Shown here: one piece after another, positions 48,664 through 58,568 of the stretch
How the letters are laid out: each line of letters begins with the position of its first letter
Position numbering within the stretch: position 1 is the first letter of the stretch
Source of the DNA: Armatimonadota bacterium
GTDB lineage: Bacteria; Armatimonadota; Fimbriimonadia; Fimbriimonadales; GBS-DC
Reading direction: 5' to 3'
Assembly: GCA_037445735.1 (NCBI GenBank)
Contig: JBBIJY010000004.1
Location: 1-64,000 of the forward strand
DNA: 64,000 bases
Translations under genes and position numbers: made by a program
Notes under the pieces: generated by a model
The model's input: the letters and a program-made list of their open reading frames with translations, nothing else
Databases searched by the model: none
What the model was told of the DNA's origin: nothing

Positions 48664-50703
48664 ATGCCAGAGCCAGTGGAGTGTCATCCCTCGGTAGAAA
48701 GCGTGCTGGAGCAGCTGGAGCGGATTGCGCCGGGCGTGCCGCTGCTGGCGCTGGGTCAAACGGTGTTCTGGGACGAGCCGACCAAGAGCGGACTGCTGCT
48801 GTTGATGGCGGCGTGTGGACGCACGCGCCCCTTCTTCTTTGGCGTGCATGACACTGACTATTTCGGTCGCCTGCACACGAAGCGCCTGCCCAAAGAGAGT
48901 GTGCCCCCACCCGTCCCCGCTTCCCCAAAGCGGGAGGGTGCCGACTGGCTGCTGATGTTGCCGCATAATGATGGCTCCACGCGCGGGCTATGGTCGGCGG
49001 CGGGCGAAATCTCGTGCCTGTTCGGCAGCGAGACGGTTCCGACGCGCGCTCGCTATGCGGAGGCGGGCGCCCAGCTGGAGAAGGTCGCCCGTCGCCATCC
49101 GCTGGGGCGCGAGGCGTTTCTTGACGCGATCACCGAAGCGTGGGGCTGGCGCGGGCTGGTGGCAACCGACAGCGTGGCGCGCCCCGTGTATGAGATGTCT
49201 GTCCGCGAGGTGCTGCCCGCCCTCGACGCACTGCTCCAGTGGGGCTTCGAAAACACCCTCGAATGCCTAGCAGACCCCGACCAGCGCGATCGCGCCCGCC
49301 AGCGTGCTGACGCCATCCGTCAGCGCGTTCACGAGCTGGCGAGCCTCGCCGAATCGCTCTCGCTGGCAGACCTCTATCGCTACCTCTATCGCGATTTTCT
49401 CGTGTGGCTGATCGGCGAGGTGCCGGAGATGGTGGGCTTCACGCGCACGACGGAGCTGCTGCGCTTCGCACCTGACACCGCACACCTGCCGCGATTCCAG
49501 CTGCTGCAACGGTTTCTGGACCCGCGCACGCGCCCTATCTGTGAACGCGCCTACAACGATGCGGTTGCCGGCACCGATATCTATGCCCTGCGCGAGTTCG
49601 GCGAGGGCGCACTGCCGTTCGATCTGCTCATCCCCCGACGCGGGCGCGGCACGCTGATGCTCACCGAGCGATACCTCACCGTGCTGACGCCTGAACCCGC
49701 TGTGGTTCGGCTGGCGGAACCCGTGCAGAGCGTTGACGCGCTGGCGCGCGTGATCGCGGAGGCGTTCGGCGAGGGTGTCACGCTGATTGGCAAAGCGCTC
49801 ACTCTGGTGCCGATGCTGGCGCACGAGTTCATCTGTGTCTTCAACGAGCGTGGCTCGCCCTACTTGAGCCAGAGCGCTCGCATGCTGGATCAGATTCAGC
49901 GCGACGGCGTGGCGATAAACCTTCACCCGCTGTTGCGCCTGCGCTACGCGACATGGGACACGATGGGCGCGGAATGCATCCAGTTGCGTTTGCCAGAGCA
50001 TCTCGCGGCGGCGTTTGGCGAGCGCGAGCTGTGTTCGGAACGGTTCGCGCGGCGCTGGCGGGCGGTGGTGCAGGCGCAGCGCGAGCGGTTGCACGAGCTG
50101 CGCCGATGTCGCAGCCCACGCGAGCTGATGCGCTACCTGGCAGCGCATCTGAGCGAGGAGTGGCGCGACAAAGCCCGCGAGTATGAACAGCTGCACGCGC
50201 GATTACAGCAGGTCGGCGAGCAGGCGGCTTATCTGCGCCAGCAGGCGCACGCCCTGCACGCCGAACGCCGCGCCCTGCAGAGCGAACGCATCCGTCTGGA
50301 ACGCGAGAAAGGCGAGCTGTTCCGACAAGCCCGGCAGAACCCGTCGACGCGAGGCGCCTGCCTTGCCCAGCGCGAAGCGTGCGAGGCTCGCCTGCAAGCC
50401 CTCTCCGCACGATTGCGGGCGATCCGTCAGCAGCTCAGGGCGTTGCTGGCTCAACGGCTCCAGATCGGGCGCACGCCGGAGCTGACCGCCATCCGCGAGC
50501 GCGTGCAAACGCTGGAGTACGAAGCCGAACTGACGCGCGTGGAGCTGGTTCGAACTGCCATTCTGACCGCCGACGGGCTGGTTCACACCAGTGCCCGCCC
50601 CGCCGCATGGTGGTTCCTGCTGCTGTCGGAGCGATGGTTCCGCGCCAATATCCAGCAAACGGAACTCTATTTAGAGTGGCTTACTGGGGAGCGCAGTAAG
50701 TGA
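48664..50703 (+). CDS. Hypothetical protein with a long C-terminal coiled coil
   Basis: Long ORF with typical high-GC codon use; start uncertain (48634 or 48664). Confidence 0.75.
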   Translation: MPEPVECHPSVESVLEQLERIAPGVPLLALGQTVFWDEPTKSGLLLLMAACGRTRPFFFGVHDTDYFGRLHTKRLPKESVPPPVPASPKREGADWLLMLPHNDGSTRGLWSAAGEISCLFGSETVPTRARYAEAGAQLEKVARRHPLGREAFLDAITEAWGWRGLVATDSVARPVYEMSVREVLPALDALLQWGFENTLECLADPDQRDRARQRADAIRQRVHELASLAESLSLADLYRYLYRDFLVWLIGEVPEMVGFTRTTELLRFAPDTAHLPRFQLLQRFLDPRTRPICERAYNDAVAGTDIYALREFGEGALPFDLLIPRRGRGTLMLTERYLTVLTPEPAVVRLAEPVQSVDALARVIAEAFGEGVTLIGKALTLVPMLAHEFICVFNERGSPYLSQSARMLDQIQRDGVAINLHPLLRLRYATWDTMGAECIQLRLPEHLAAAFGERELCSERFARRWRAVVQAQRERLHELRRCRSPRELMRYLAAHLSEEWRDKAREYEQLHARLQQVGEQAAYLRQQAHALHAERRALQSERIRLEREKGELFRQARQNPSTRGACLAQREACEARLQALSARLRAIRQQLRALLAQRLQIGRTPELTAIRERVQTLEYEAELTRVELVRTAILTADGLVHTSARPAAWWFLLLSERWFRANIQQTELYLEWLTGERSK

Positions 50704-51484
50704 TTTGCACGAACTCTTCGGCGTCCAAGCTGGCACCGCCGACCAGCACGCCATCAATCTCAGGCTGATGCAGTAGCCCGCGCGCGTTCGACGCCGTCAC
50801 GCTGCCGCCATACAGCACGCGCACATAGTTGCCCAGCTCTGGCTCGTACAGCTCGCGCAGTTGCTGGCGAATGAAGGCGCAGATGCGGTTCGCTTCGGGC
50901 GCATCGCACACCTGCCCGGTGCCGATTGCCCACACCGGCTCGTAGGCAATCACCAGCTCGTACAGCTCGTCCGCCTCCAGCCCCTGCAACGCGCCCCTCA
51001 ATTGCTGCTGAATGACCCTCTCGGTCTGGCTCGCCTGACGCTCCTGCAGGGTCTCGCCGACGCACAAAATCGGCTTCAGCCCGTGCGGCAGCACCGCTTT
51101 GAGCTTGAGGTTCACCGTGGCGTCGTTCTCGCCGAAGTAGCGCAGGTGCGCTTCCGTGAGGCTGGGGTCGGGCTTTCCGAACCGTCCGCGCGTCTCCGAG
51201 TGCCCGATAATCACATATTCGCAGCCGACGGCGACCAGCATCGGGGGCGATACCTGTCCCGTGTAGGCACCCGAATCGCTCCAGAACACCGTCTGCGCGC
51301 CCAGTTTCAATCCGCTGCCCCGAATCGCCTCGGCGACAGCTGGCAGCGCGACAAATGCGGGGCACAGCACCACCTCCACATTCAGGCGCGTGCCGATACG
51401 CTGGCGCAGCGTGTTCGCAAGAGCCGCCCCCTCCGCAGGGGTCAGATTCATCTTCCAGTTGCCTGCAATCAAACAGGTGCGCAT
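50681..51484 (-). CDS. tpiA: Triosephosphate isomerase
   Basis: AGNWKMN, IIGHSE, AYEPVWAIGTG, LYGGSV, LVGGASL. Confidence 0.97.
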   Translation of the reverse strand: MRTCLIAGNWKMNLTPAEGAALANTLRQRIGTRLNVEVVLCPAFVALPAVAEAIRGSGLKLGAQTVFWSDSGAYTGQVSPPMLVAVGCEYVIIGHSETRGRFGKPDPSLTEAHLRYFGENDATVNLKLKAVLPHGLKPILCVGETLQERQASQTERVIQQQLRGALQGLEADELYELVIAYEPVWAIGTGQVCDAPEANRICAFIRQQLRELYEPELGNYVRVLYGGSVTASNARGLLHQPEIDGVLVGGASLDAEEFVQITYCAPQ

Positions 51485-51568
51485 GATTCCACCATCTGAA
51501 TCGCTTCGACGCTGGCGCCACTTTTCCTGCATAGCGGGTATTATAGAGGATGCAGGAGGGAAAACAGT

Positions 51569-51949
51569 ATGAAACGATGGATCGCAACGCTGATTTGCGG
51601 TGGACTGATGGCAGTGTGGGCGCAGAACTATATCGATATCGCGCTCGGTGGGGAGTTCATTCTGCGCCTGCGCACAGGCTCCAGCGGCTACTCGCTGGAA
51701 GAGCGGGCACGCATCGTGGAAGAGCGACTGGTCAATGTGTTGGGCACGCCGCTGCAGCCCAGCGACATCCGGCTGAAAGAAGTCAAGCCCAACGCTCAAT
51801 ATGAGATTTATGTGCGCCAGAAGCTGCTGCTGACGGTGACACCTGAGGATGCGAAGGCGGCGCAGATGAGCATCAAGCAACTGGCGCAGCACTGGCTTCG
51901 TGCGCTTCGAACCAAATTGCCTGAGCTGAGCGCGCATCCGCAACCGTAG
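51569..51949 (+). CDS. Small exported hypothetical protein
   Basis: Signal peptide MKRWIATLICGGLMAVWA; AGGAGG RBS. Confidence 0.75.
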   Translation: MKRWIATLICGGLMAVWAQNYIDIALGGEFILRLRTGSSGYSLEERARIVEERLVNVLGTPLQPSDIRLKEVKPNAQYEIYVRQKLLLTVTPEDAKAAQMSIKQLAQHWLRALRTKLPELSAHPQP

Positions 51950-52061
51950 CGCGATGCCAGAAAAGGGGTGGCGGCGAAATGTATCAGGCTGCTACCCCTT
52001 GTTGCTCAATGGGGTGCGCATCAGCAGGAATCGGGTGGCAGATGTCGTAGAGGGCGGATTA

Positions 52062-52343
52062 ATGGCTGGAGGGAGACGACTGGGCTGGTTATGGCTGTGG
52101 GTGCTGACGGCGCTGATGGGCATCGGGCTGGCGCCGCGCTCGGTTCGCATCTATGCCCGGTGGTGGCAGACCCGTCAGGAGGTTCAATCGCTGGAAGCGC
52201 AGGCGCAGGCGTTGCGACAGGAGCAGGCGGAACTGCGCCAGCAGCTGCAGCGGCTCTCCACCCCGGCGGGCAAAGAGGCGCTCGCCCGCGAGAAAGGCTG
52301 GCTCAAACGCGGTGAAAAGCCCCTGCACATCGTGCCCCGATAG
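52062..52343 (+). CDS. Septum formation initiator (FtsB/DivIC-like)
   Basis: One TM segment, coiled coil, EALAREKGWLKRGE. Confidence 0.8.
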   Translation: MAGGRRLGWLWLWVLTALMGIGLAPRSVRIYARWWQTRQEVQSLEAQAQALRQEQAELRQQLQRLSTPAGKEALAREKGWLKRGEKPLHIVPR

Positions 52344-52405
52344 GTGATTCACCCCGCAAAAATACCTGTTTTTGCCCGAATCGCCCGAAAAAATGCCCCG
52401 CCCCC

Positions 52406-52435
52406 TTGACATGAGGGGGCAAGATGTGCTATAAT
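52406..52435 (+). promoter_or_regulatory. Sigma70-type promoter of the PEP-CTERM gene
   Basis: TTGACA-18 nt-TATAAT with TGn extension. Confidence 0.8.
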
Positions 52436-52496
52436 AGGAACCGACAGGCTGGTATGCCCGCCAGCCGACAAATCCGGCACACCCGGAAAGGAGGAT

Positions 52497-53078
52497 ATGA
52501 TGATGGTATTGAAACGACTGGCTGGAGTGGCACTTGGTGCCCTGTTGGCTGTGAATGCGTTCGCGCTCTTTAGCGAGACGGAACCGAACAACACGCGCGC
52601 CACATTCGACCCGAATGTGTTTGCACCGCCTGCTTACAATGTGCCGTGGTCCGATGTCGGCGTTCTGAGCCTGACCACCAACGACTCCGACTTCTTCAAA
52701 ATCCGGCTTAACGCTGGGGACTGGCTGACCGCCATTACCTTCCCCATCAGCAACGGGAATACCGATCCCGATACCGTGATGGCGCTCTTTGACGCCACTG
52801 GTAACACGGCGCTTGTCTTCAACGACGACGCCGGGTCTATCAGTGGGCTTGGCTCCGCCATCCGCTGGCAGGCGACAACTTCGGGCGACTACTACCTGGC
52901 TATCACAGGCTTTCACGGCTTTGCTAATCAAGACGACCTCAGCTACTATGAAGGCGCCACCCATACCGCAACCGGCTCCTACATCCTGACCCTCAGTGTG
53001 GTGCCGGAGCCTGCCAGCATGATTGCGCTGGGCACGGGTCTGGTGGGTCTGCTGGCGCTGCGCCGACGCCGCCGCTAA
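52497..53078 (+). CDS. PEP-CTERM sorting-domain protein
   Basis: Signal peptide, ETEPNN, PPC-like domain, VPEPAS-TM-RRRRR. Confidence 0.92.
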   Translation: MMMVLKRLAGVALGALLAVNAFALFSETEPNNTRATFDPNVFAPPAYNVPWSDVGVLSLTTNDSDFFKIRLNAGDWLTAITFPISNGNTDPDTVMALFDATGNTALVFNDDAGSISGLGSAIRWQATTSGDYYLAITGFHGFANQDDLSYYEGATHTATGSYILTLSVVPEPASMIALGTGLVGLLALRRRRR

Positions 53079-53110
53079 ACTGTCAGCAAACAGGGACACC
53101 TTTTATTGCA

Positions 53111-53140
53111 GGGAGGTGCGCGGGGTGCACCTCCCGTTTT
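53111..53140 (+). terminator. Intrinsic terminator
   Basis: GGGAGGTGC-loop-GCACCTCCC-GTTTT between convergent genes. Confidence 0.75.
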
Positions 53141-53144
53141 CGAT

Positions 53145-56100
53145 TCAGGCAATCGGCTCCACGATGAACTCCTGCGCTTCCATCGCCTGCAGCAGCGCCC
53201 ACGCCGTATCCAGCGCGGTCAGGCAGGGGATTCCGTGTTCGACAGCAGCGCGACGGATGATTAACCCCTGCTGTTCCGCCTTGCGGTCAGGGCTGGGCGT
53301 GTTGATGAGCAGCTGCACATGCTTATGCGTGATGTAATCCAGCAGATCGGGCTTGCCCTGCCCCATTTTGGGCACAATCTGCGCGGGCAGCCCTGCTTTT
53401 TGCAGGGCGCGGGCAGTGCCGTGCGTGGCGTAGAGCCTGAACCCGCGCCGATGGAACGCCTTCGCCAGCTCCACACCCTCCGCCTTGTCTTTATCAGCAA
53501 GGGTCAGCAGCACACTCCCCCTGCGCGGAATATGAATGCCGGCGGCGACCATCGCCTTGTAAAGCGCGTTCGCGTAGGTGCGGTCGATGCCCATGACCTC
53601 GCCTGTGGAGCGCATTTCAGGTCCGAGCGCCACCTCCACACGCCGCAGCTTCAGGCTGGAGAAGACGGGCGCCTTGACCGCCACGCGCGATAACCCCTTA
53701 CCCATACCCCTGCAAGCGGCAGATTCGGAGGGAAGCGGCTGACCCACTTGCGCGGACACCGCCAGCTTCACCATCGGCACGCCCGTAATCTTGGAGAGGT
53801 AGGGCACGGTGCGGCTCGCCCGCGGGTTAACCTCGATTACAAACACCTGCTCGCCGTCGATAACGAACTGCACATTCATCAGCCCGCACACTTTGAGCGC
53901 GCGCGCCAGTCGCAGCGAATAGTCGGTAATCTGCGCCTGCACCTCTGGGCTGAGCGTCTGGGGCGGCACGACGGTCATGCTATCGCCCGAATGCACACCC
54001 GCCCGTTCAATATGCTCCATAATCGCGGGAATGACGAACCGTTCCCCATCGCCGATCAGATCCACTTCCGCCTCTTTGCCCTCGATATATTTATCGACCA
54101 GCACGGGCGCGTCGGGGAACGCCAGAATGGCGGAGCGCCAGAAGGTTTCCAGCTCCTTATCGTTGCGCACGATCTCCATCGCTCGCCCGCCCAGCACATA
54201 GGAGGGGCGCACCAGCACAGGGTAGCCCACCGCGCTGGCGATCGCCTTCGCCTCCTCGAGGCTCCGCACCGCCCGCCCGTGCGGGCGCGGAATGCCCAGC
54301 TGCTCCAGCAGCGCGTCGAACCGCCGACGGTCTTCCGCGATGTCTATCGATTCGGGCGGCGTGCCCAGAATCGGCACGCCGAACGCCTGCAGCTGTTTGA
54401 CCAGATTAATCGCCGTCTGCCCGCCGAACTGCACCAGCACAGGGATCGAGCGCTGGCAGGAAGCCCCCTCACCCGTACCCTCTCCCCGCTGGAGAGAGGG
54501 TTGGGGTGAGGGGCTATCCACAGGCGCGGGGCGAGCTACCCCCTCACCCGTACCCTCTCCCCCGTAAACGGGGGAGAGGGACTTAGATACTCCCTCTCCC
54601 CGCTGGGGAGCGGGCTGGGGTGAGGGGTTACTCCCCTCTCCCCCAGCGGGGGAGAGGGGCAGGGGGTGAGGGCTACCCTCATACTCCAGCAGGTTCAGCA
54701 CATCCTCCAGCGTGATGGGGTCAAAGTAAAGCGCGTCGGAAATGTCGAAATCGGTGGACACCGTTTCGGGGTTATTGTTCAGAATCAGCGCGCAGTAGCC
54801 CAGCTCGCGCAGGGTCTTGACCGCATGCACTGCCGAGTAGTCGAACTCTATTCCCTGCCCGATGCGGATGGGTCCGGAGCCAAGCACCAGTACCTTGCGC
54901 GGGTGGCGGGCGGGCGGGCGGTCATGCTCGCCGTGATAGGTGCTGTAGAAATAGGGCGTTTGCGCCTCGAACTCGCCCGCGCAGGTGTCCACCATCTTGT
55001 AGGCGGGGCGGATGCCCAGCGCGTGGCGTGCCCTGCGCACCTGCGCCTCGCTCAAGCCCGTGATCTGGGCGATGAACCTGTCGGGGAACTGCCACTGCTT
55101 CGCCTGACGCAGGAGTGTCAGTGCCTCCCCGCGCTTTTCGCCCATCAGCAGCACCCGCAACTCACTGCTACGGGCTATCAGCTCCTGCTCCAGCTCCACC
55201 AGTTTCTGAATCTTGTGCAGGAACCAGGGGTCAATCTGGCTCAGGTCATGCACCTCTTCCACCAGCCAGCCGCGTCGGAACGCTTCGGCGATATAAAACA
55301 GGCGCATGTCGTTCGGGGTGGCAATCAGCATTTCCAGCTCCATCGGGCTGAGATGCGCTGCGGGCGGATAGCGCAGGTCGCTGACGCCCACCTCCAGCCC
55401 GCGCACCGCCTTCATCAGTGCGCCCTCGAAGGTGCGGTCGATCGCCATCACCTCGCCGGTGGCTTTCATCTGCGTGCCCAGCGTGCGGTCGCCCGTCGGG
55501 AACTTATCGAACGGGAAGCGCGGGATTTTCACCACGCAGTAATCGAGCGCGGGTTCGAACGCCGCCGAGGTGCCCGTGATGGGGTTTTTGATTTCGTCCA
55601 GTCGCAGCCCAATCGCGATTTTGGCGGCGATTCGGGCGATGGGGTAGCCAGTGGCTTTGGAGGCGAGCGCGCTGGAGCGGCTCACGCGCGGGTTCACCTC
55701 AATCACATAGTAGTCGCTGCCGTTCGGGTTCAGCGCGAACTGCACATTGCAGCCGCCCTGAATGCCCAGCGCGCGGATAATCTTGAGCGACGCGGTGCGC
55801 AACAGCTGATACTCGAAATCGCTCAGCGTCTGCGACGGCGCGACCACCATCGAATCGCCCGTATGCACGCCCATCGGGTCGATGTTTTCCATATTGCAGA
55901 CGATGATGGCATTATCGGCGCTGTCGCGCATCACCTCATACTCAATCTCTTTCCAGCCGAGCAGGGAGCGCTCCACCAGTATCTGGTGGCGCATGGAGAG
56001 TTGCAGTCCGCGCGCACCGATTTCGAGCAGTTCATCGGGGTTGTGGGCGATGCCGCCGCCCGTGCCGCCCAGCGTGTAGGCAGGGCGCACGATGCAGGGA

Positions 56101-56591
56101 TAGGGCACGATTCGGGCGATGCGGCGCAGCTCACCCATGCTCTCCACAATCCACGATTCGGGCACGGGTTCCCCAATCTGGCGCATCAGCTCGCGGAACC
56201 TTTCGCGATCCTCGGCTGCCTGAATGGCGGAGAGCGGCGTGCCCAGCAACCGCACGCCATACTTATCCAGAATGCCACGCAACGCCAGCTCGGTCGCCAG
56301 ATTCAGCCCCGTCTGACCGCCCAGTGTGGGCAGTAAGCCGTCGGGACGCTCCTGCGCAATCACCCGCTCCGCGAACTCCACCGTGAGCGGCTCGATATAG
56401 ACGCGATCCGCCATATCGGGGTCGGTCATAATGGTGGCGGGATTGGAGTTGATCAGCACGACCTGCAGACCTTCCTCTCGCAGGGAGCGACATGCCTGGG
56501 AGCCAGAATAGTCAAACTCGGCTGCCTGTCCGATCACGATCGGACCCGAGCCAATCACCATCACCTTCCGTAGCGACCTGTCAATCGGCAT
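53145..56591 (-). CDS. carB: Carbamoyl-phosphate synthase large subunit with an in-frame REP-derived insert
   Basis: [60 protein letters not shown] domain. Confidence 0.98.
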   Translation of the reverse strand: MPIDRSLRKVMVIGSGPIVIGQAAEFDYSGSQACRSLREEGLQVVLINSNPATIMTDPDMADRVYIEPLTVEFAERVIAQERPDGLLPTLGGQTGLNLATELALRGILDKYGVRLLGTPLSAIQAAEDRERFRELMRQIGEPVPESWIVESMGELRRIARIVPYPCIVRPAYTLGGTGGGIAHNPDELLEIGARGLQLSMRHQILVERSLLGWKEIEYEVMRDSADNAIIVCNMENIDPMGVHTGDSMVVAPSQTLSDFEYQLLRTASLKIIRALGIQGGCNVQFALNPNGSDYYVIEVNPRVSRSSALASKATGYPIARIAAKIAIGLRLDEIKNPITGTSAAFEPALDYCVVKIPRFPFDKFPTGDRTLGTQMKATGEVMAIDRTFEGALMKAVRGLEVGVSDLRYPPAAHLSPMELEMLIATPNDMRLFYIAEAFRRGWLVEEVHDLSQIDPWFLHKIQKLVELEQELIARSSELRVLLMGEKRGEALTLLRQAKQWQFPDRFIAQITGLSEAQVRRARHALGIRPAYKMVDTCAGEFEAQTPYFYSTYHGEHDRPPARHPRKVLVLGSGPIRIGQGIEFDYSAVHAVKTLRELGYCALILNNNPETVSTDFDISDALYFDPITLEDVLNLLEYEGSPHPLPLSPAGGEGSNPSPQPAPQRGEGVSKSLSPVYGGEGTGEGVARPAPVDSPSPQPSLQRGEGTGEGASCQRSIPVLVQFGGQTAINLVKQLQAFGVPILGTPPESIDIAEDRRRFDALLEQLGIPRPHGRAVRSLEEAKAIASAVGYPVLVRPSYVLGGRAMEIVRNDKELETFWRSAILAFPDAPVLVDKYIEGKEAEVDLIGDGERFVIPAIMEHIERAGVHSGDSMTVVPPQTLSPEVQAQITDYSLRLARALKVCGLMNVQFVIDGEQVFVIEVNPRASRTVPYLSKITGVPMVKLAVSAQVGQPLPSESAACRGMGKGLSRVAVKAPVFSSLKLRRVEVALGPEMRSTGEVMGIDRTYANALYKAMVAAGIHIPRRGSVLLTLADKDKAEGVELAKAFHRRGFRLYATHGTARALQKAGLPAQIVPKMGQGKPDLLDYITHKHVQLLINTPSPDRKAEQQGLIIRRAAVEHGIPCLTALDTAWALLQAMEAQEFIVEPIA
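54463..54674. repeat. REP-like array inserted in frame in carB
   Basis: Four CCCTCTCCC..GGAG hairpins with CCCTCACCC/GGGTGAGGG arms inside the open frame. Confidence 0.92.
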
Positions 56592-56599
56592 CCTATCCT

Positions 56600-56631
56600 C
56601 CCTTGTCGCCTCACCGGGCAGACTTAAAGGG
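56600..56631 (-). promoter_or_regulatory. PyrR-binding loop overlapping the carB Shine-Dalgarno sequence
   Basis: Minus strand CCCTTTAA-GTC-TGCCCGGTGAGGC-GAC-AAGGG(AGG) matches the PyrR binding-loop pattern. Confidence 0.8.
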
Positions 56632-56739
56632 TGTGAAGAGGAGTATACCCGATGGTGGCTTGCGAAGAGCGCCTTTGCACTTCAACCGTTCACACCCACC
56701 CATGGAGGTATACTCGCCATTAAGATAGGTGATGGGCAG

Positions 56740-57198
56740 ATGGGCTATTCGGAGTATGACTTCAAGTTTGCAAAGACGATCCTGCACCAGCATTTTCCGC
56801 AACAGATGCAGGAGATACTCGGTGCTATTGCGCAGCTGCAAGTACCTCTGGGGCGCGGCGTTCGCCCGACACCTGCACAGCAGCTGGAAACTTTGCTGGC
56901 AAGCCTGGGCTGGCAACGCCAGCAACTCGTGACGCCCAACCACACGCACCTGCGCTTTGATCTCAAAAAGGATAAGGTGGCAGTTGAAATCCAGCTTTCC
57001 GACCCTGCCGACTGCTACAACGATTTTCTTAAGTTTTTGCTGGCTTACAATCTGGAAGTCATCGATGTGGCAGTGGAGATTTTTTACGATGATAGCGTTC
57101 AGGGCAGGAATCTGCCTCATTTGAGCAAGGTTCAGCGCGATCTGGAGGTTTATCGGCGCGTTCTTCCTTGCCCGATATGGGTCATCGGGCTTCGGTAA
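56740..57198 (+). CDS. BglII/BstYI-family restriction endonuclease-like protein (orphan)
   Basis: RFDLKKDKVAVEIQL..YNDFLKF (D..ExQ motif); lower GC. Confidence 0.7.
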   Translation: MGYSEYDFKFAKTILHQHFPQQMQEILGAIAQLQVPLGRGVRPTPAQQLETLLASLGWQRQQLVTPNHTHLRFDLKKDKVAVEIQLSDPADCYNDFLKFLLAYNLEVIDVAVEIFYDDSVQGRNLPHLSKVQRDLEVYRRVLPCPIWVIGLR

Positions 57199-57245
57199 AA
57201 AATACTTTTCTCTTGATGTCCTGATGGCGGTGAAGAGGTCATTTT

Positions 57246-58568
57246 TTACAGACGCTTCGCTGGGGCAGGGGCGAAACGGGTGTGGCGGGTGCGTTCGAGC
57301 CAGAGCTTGACCTGCTGGGCGCAGCGGCGAGCAGCGCCCTGATGGCGGGCAATCAGCTCGCGTGCGCTTTTTTCGATTTGCTGGCGGGCTTTCTCGTCGC
57401 GCAGCAGGCGCAGGATGCCCTCCGCCAGTTCGGCTGCGGTGCGCACTTCGAAGCCGACGCCTGCCTCCTTCGCCAGTTGCGCAATATCGCGGAAGTTGTG
57501 CGTGTGGGGCCCGAAAAACACGGGCTTGCCGTGCGCCAGCGGCTGGAAGAGGTTCTGCCCGCCCAGCGGTGCGAACGCGCCCCCGACCACCGCCACATCC
57601 GCCACCGAATAGATGGCTGAGAGTTCGCCGAAGGTATCGACCAGCACCACCTGCGTGGTCTGACCGTCGGGCAGTGGCAGTTGCGTGCGGCGTATGGGGT
57701 TCAGCCCCCTCTCGCGCATGAGGTTCTCCACTTCGGGCACGCGCTCCAGGTGGCGCGGCGCCAGCACCAGGCAGACGGCGGGCAGTGCCGCGCGCACGAG
57801 GCAGCAGGCTTCTATCACGAGCTGCTCCTCTTCGGCTGTGCGCGTGCTGCCCACCACAATCACGGGCGCACCGGTCGGCAACGACAGGCGCGCCCGCCAC
57901 TCATCGGGCGAGGCGTCCGCCGACTCCAGCGCCTGATCGAACTTGGTGTTGCCCATCACCTCCACCCGTGCAGGCGACAGTCCCAGCTCCACGAAGCGCA
58001 GCGCGTCTGTTGGCGACTGAACACAGGCGCAATCGACACAGCGCAGAATCGAGCGATAGAACATGCGCAGCGCCCGCGCCCGCCGAAACGAGCGATCGCT
58101 CAGCCGTCCGTTCAGCACCATCACCAGCCCGCCCCGCCGACGCTGCGCCGCAACCAGATTGAGCCACAGCTCTGTCTCGAACAGGATCAGCGCGTCGGGC
58201 TGGATGCGCGAGAGGGCACGGTTCACCGCGAAGGGCACATCCAGCGGGAAGTAGGCGATATAGTCCACCCAGTTGCGGGCAGTATCGTGCGCCGTGCGTT
58301 GACCTGTGGGTGTGGTGGTGGTCAGCACGATTTCGTAGTCGGGCAGCGCCTTGCGCAGCGCTTTCAGCACGGGCAGCGCTGCCAGCGTCTCGCCGACCGA
58401 CACACAGTGAACCCACAGCCGGCGCCTGTTAGCGAGCGGTGGGATCGGCACGAAGCCGAACCGCTCCCACCACCGCTCGCGCCATGAGCCGCCCACGATG
58501 CGCGTTAGCACATAGCTCATCCACAGCGGCGCGGTCAACAGCAACAGCAGGTTATAGAGCGCTCTCAT
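57246..58568 (-). CDS. waaA: 3-deoxy-D-manno-octulosonic acid (Kdo) transferase
   Basis: WVHCVSVGE, YFPLD, ETELW, NGRLS, GNTKFD, APRHLER, DTFGEL. Confidence 0.95.
   Translation of the reverse strand: MRALYNLLLLLTAPLWMSYVLTRIVGGSWRERWWERFGFVPIPPLANRRRLWVHCVSVGETLAALPVLKALRKALPDYEIVLTTTTPTGQRTAHDTARNWVDYIAYFPLDVPFAVNRALSRIQPDALILFETELWLNLVAAQRRRGGLVMVLNGRLSDRSFRRARALRMFYRSILRCVDCACVQSPTDALRFVELGLSPARVEVMGNTKFDQALESADASPDEWRARLSLPTGAPVIVVGSTRTAEEEQLVIEACCLVRAALPAVCLVLAPRHLERVPEVENLMRERGLNPIRRTQLPLPDGQTTQVVLVDTFGELSAIYSVADVAVVGGAFAPLGGQNLFQPLAHGKPVFFGPHTHNFRDIAQLAKEAGVGFEVRTAAELAEGILRLLRDEKARQQIEKSARELIARHQGAARRCAQQVKLWLERTRHTRFAPAPAKRL

Noticed and set aside
56628-56715. Pseudoknot from interleaved inverted repeats (GGGTGTGAA/TTCACACCC and GAGTATACC/GGTATACTC)
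   Set aside because: The second pair is explained by two divergent TATACT -10 boxes, and no transcript is expected to span both pairs.
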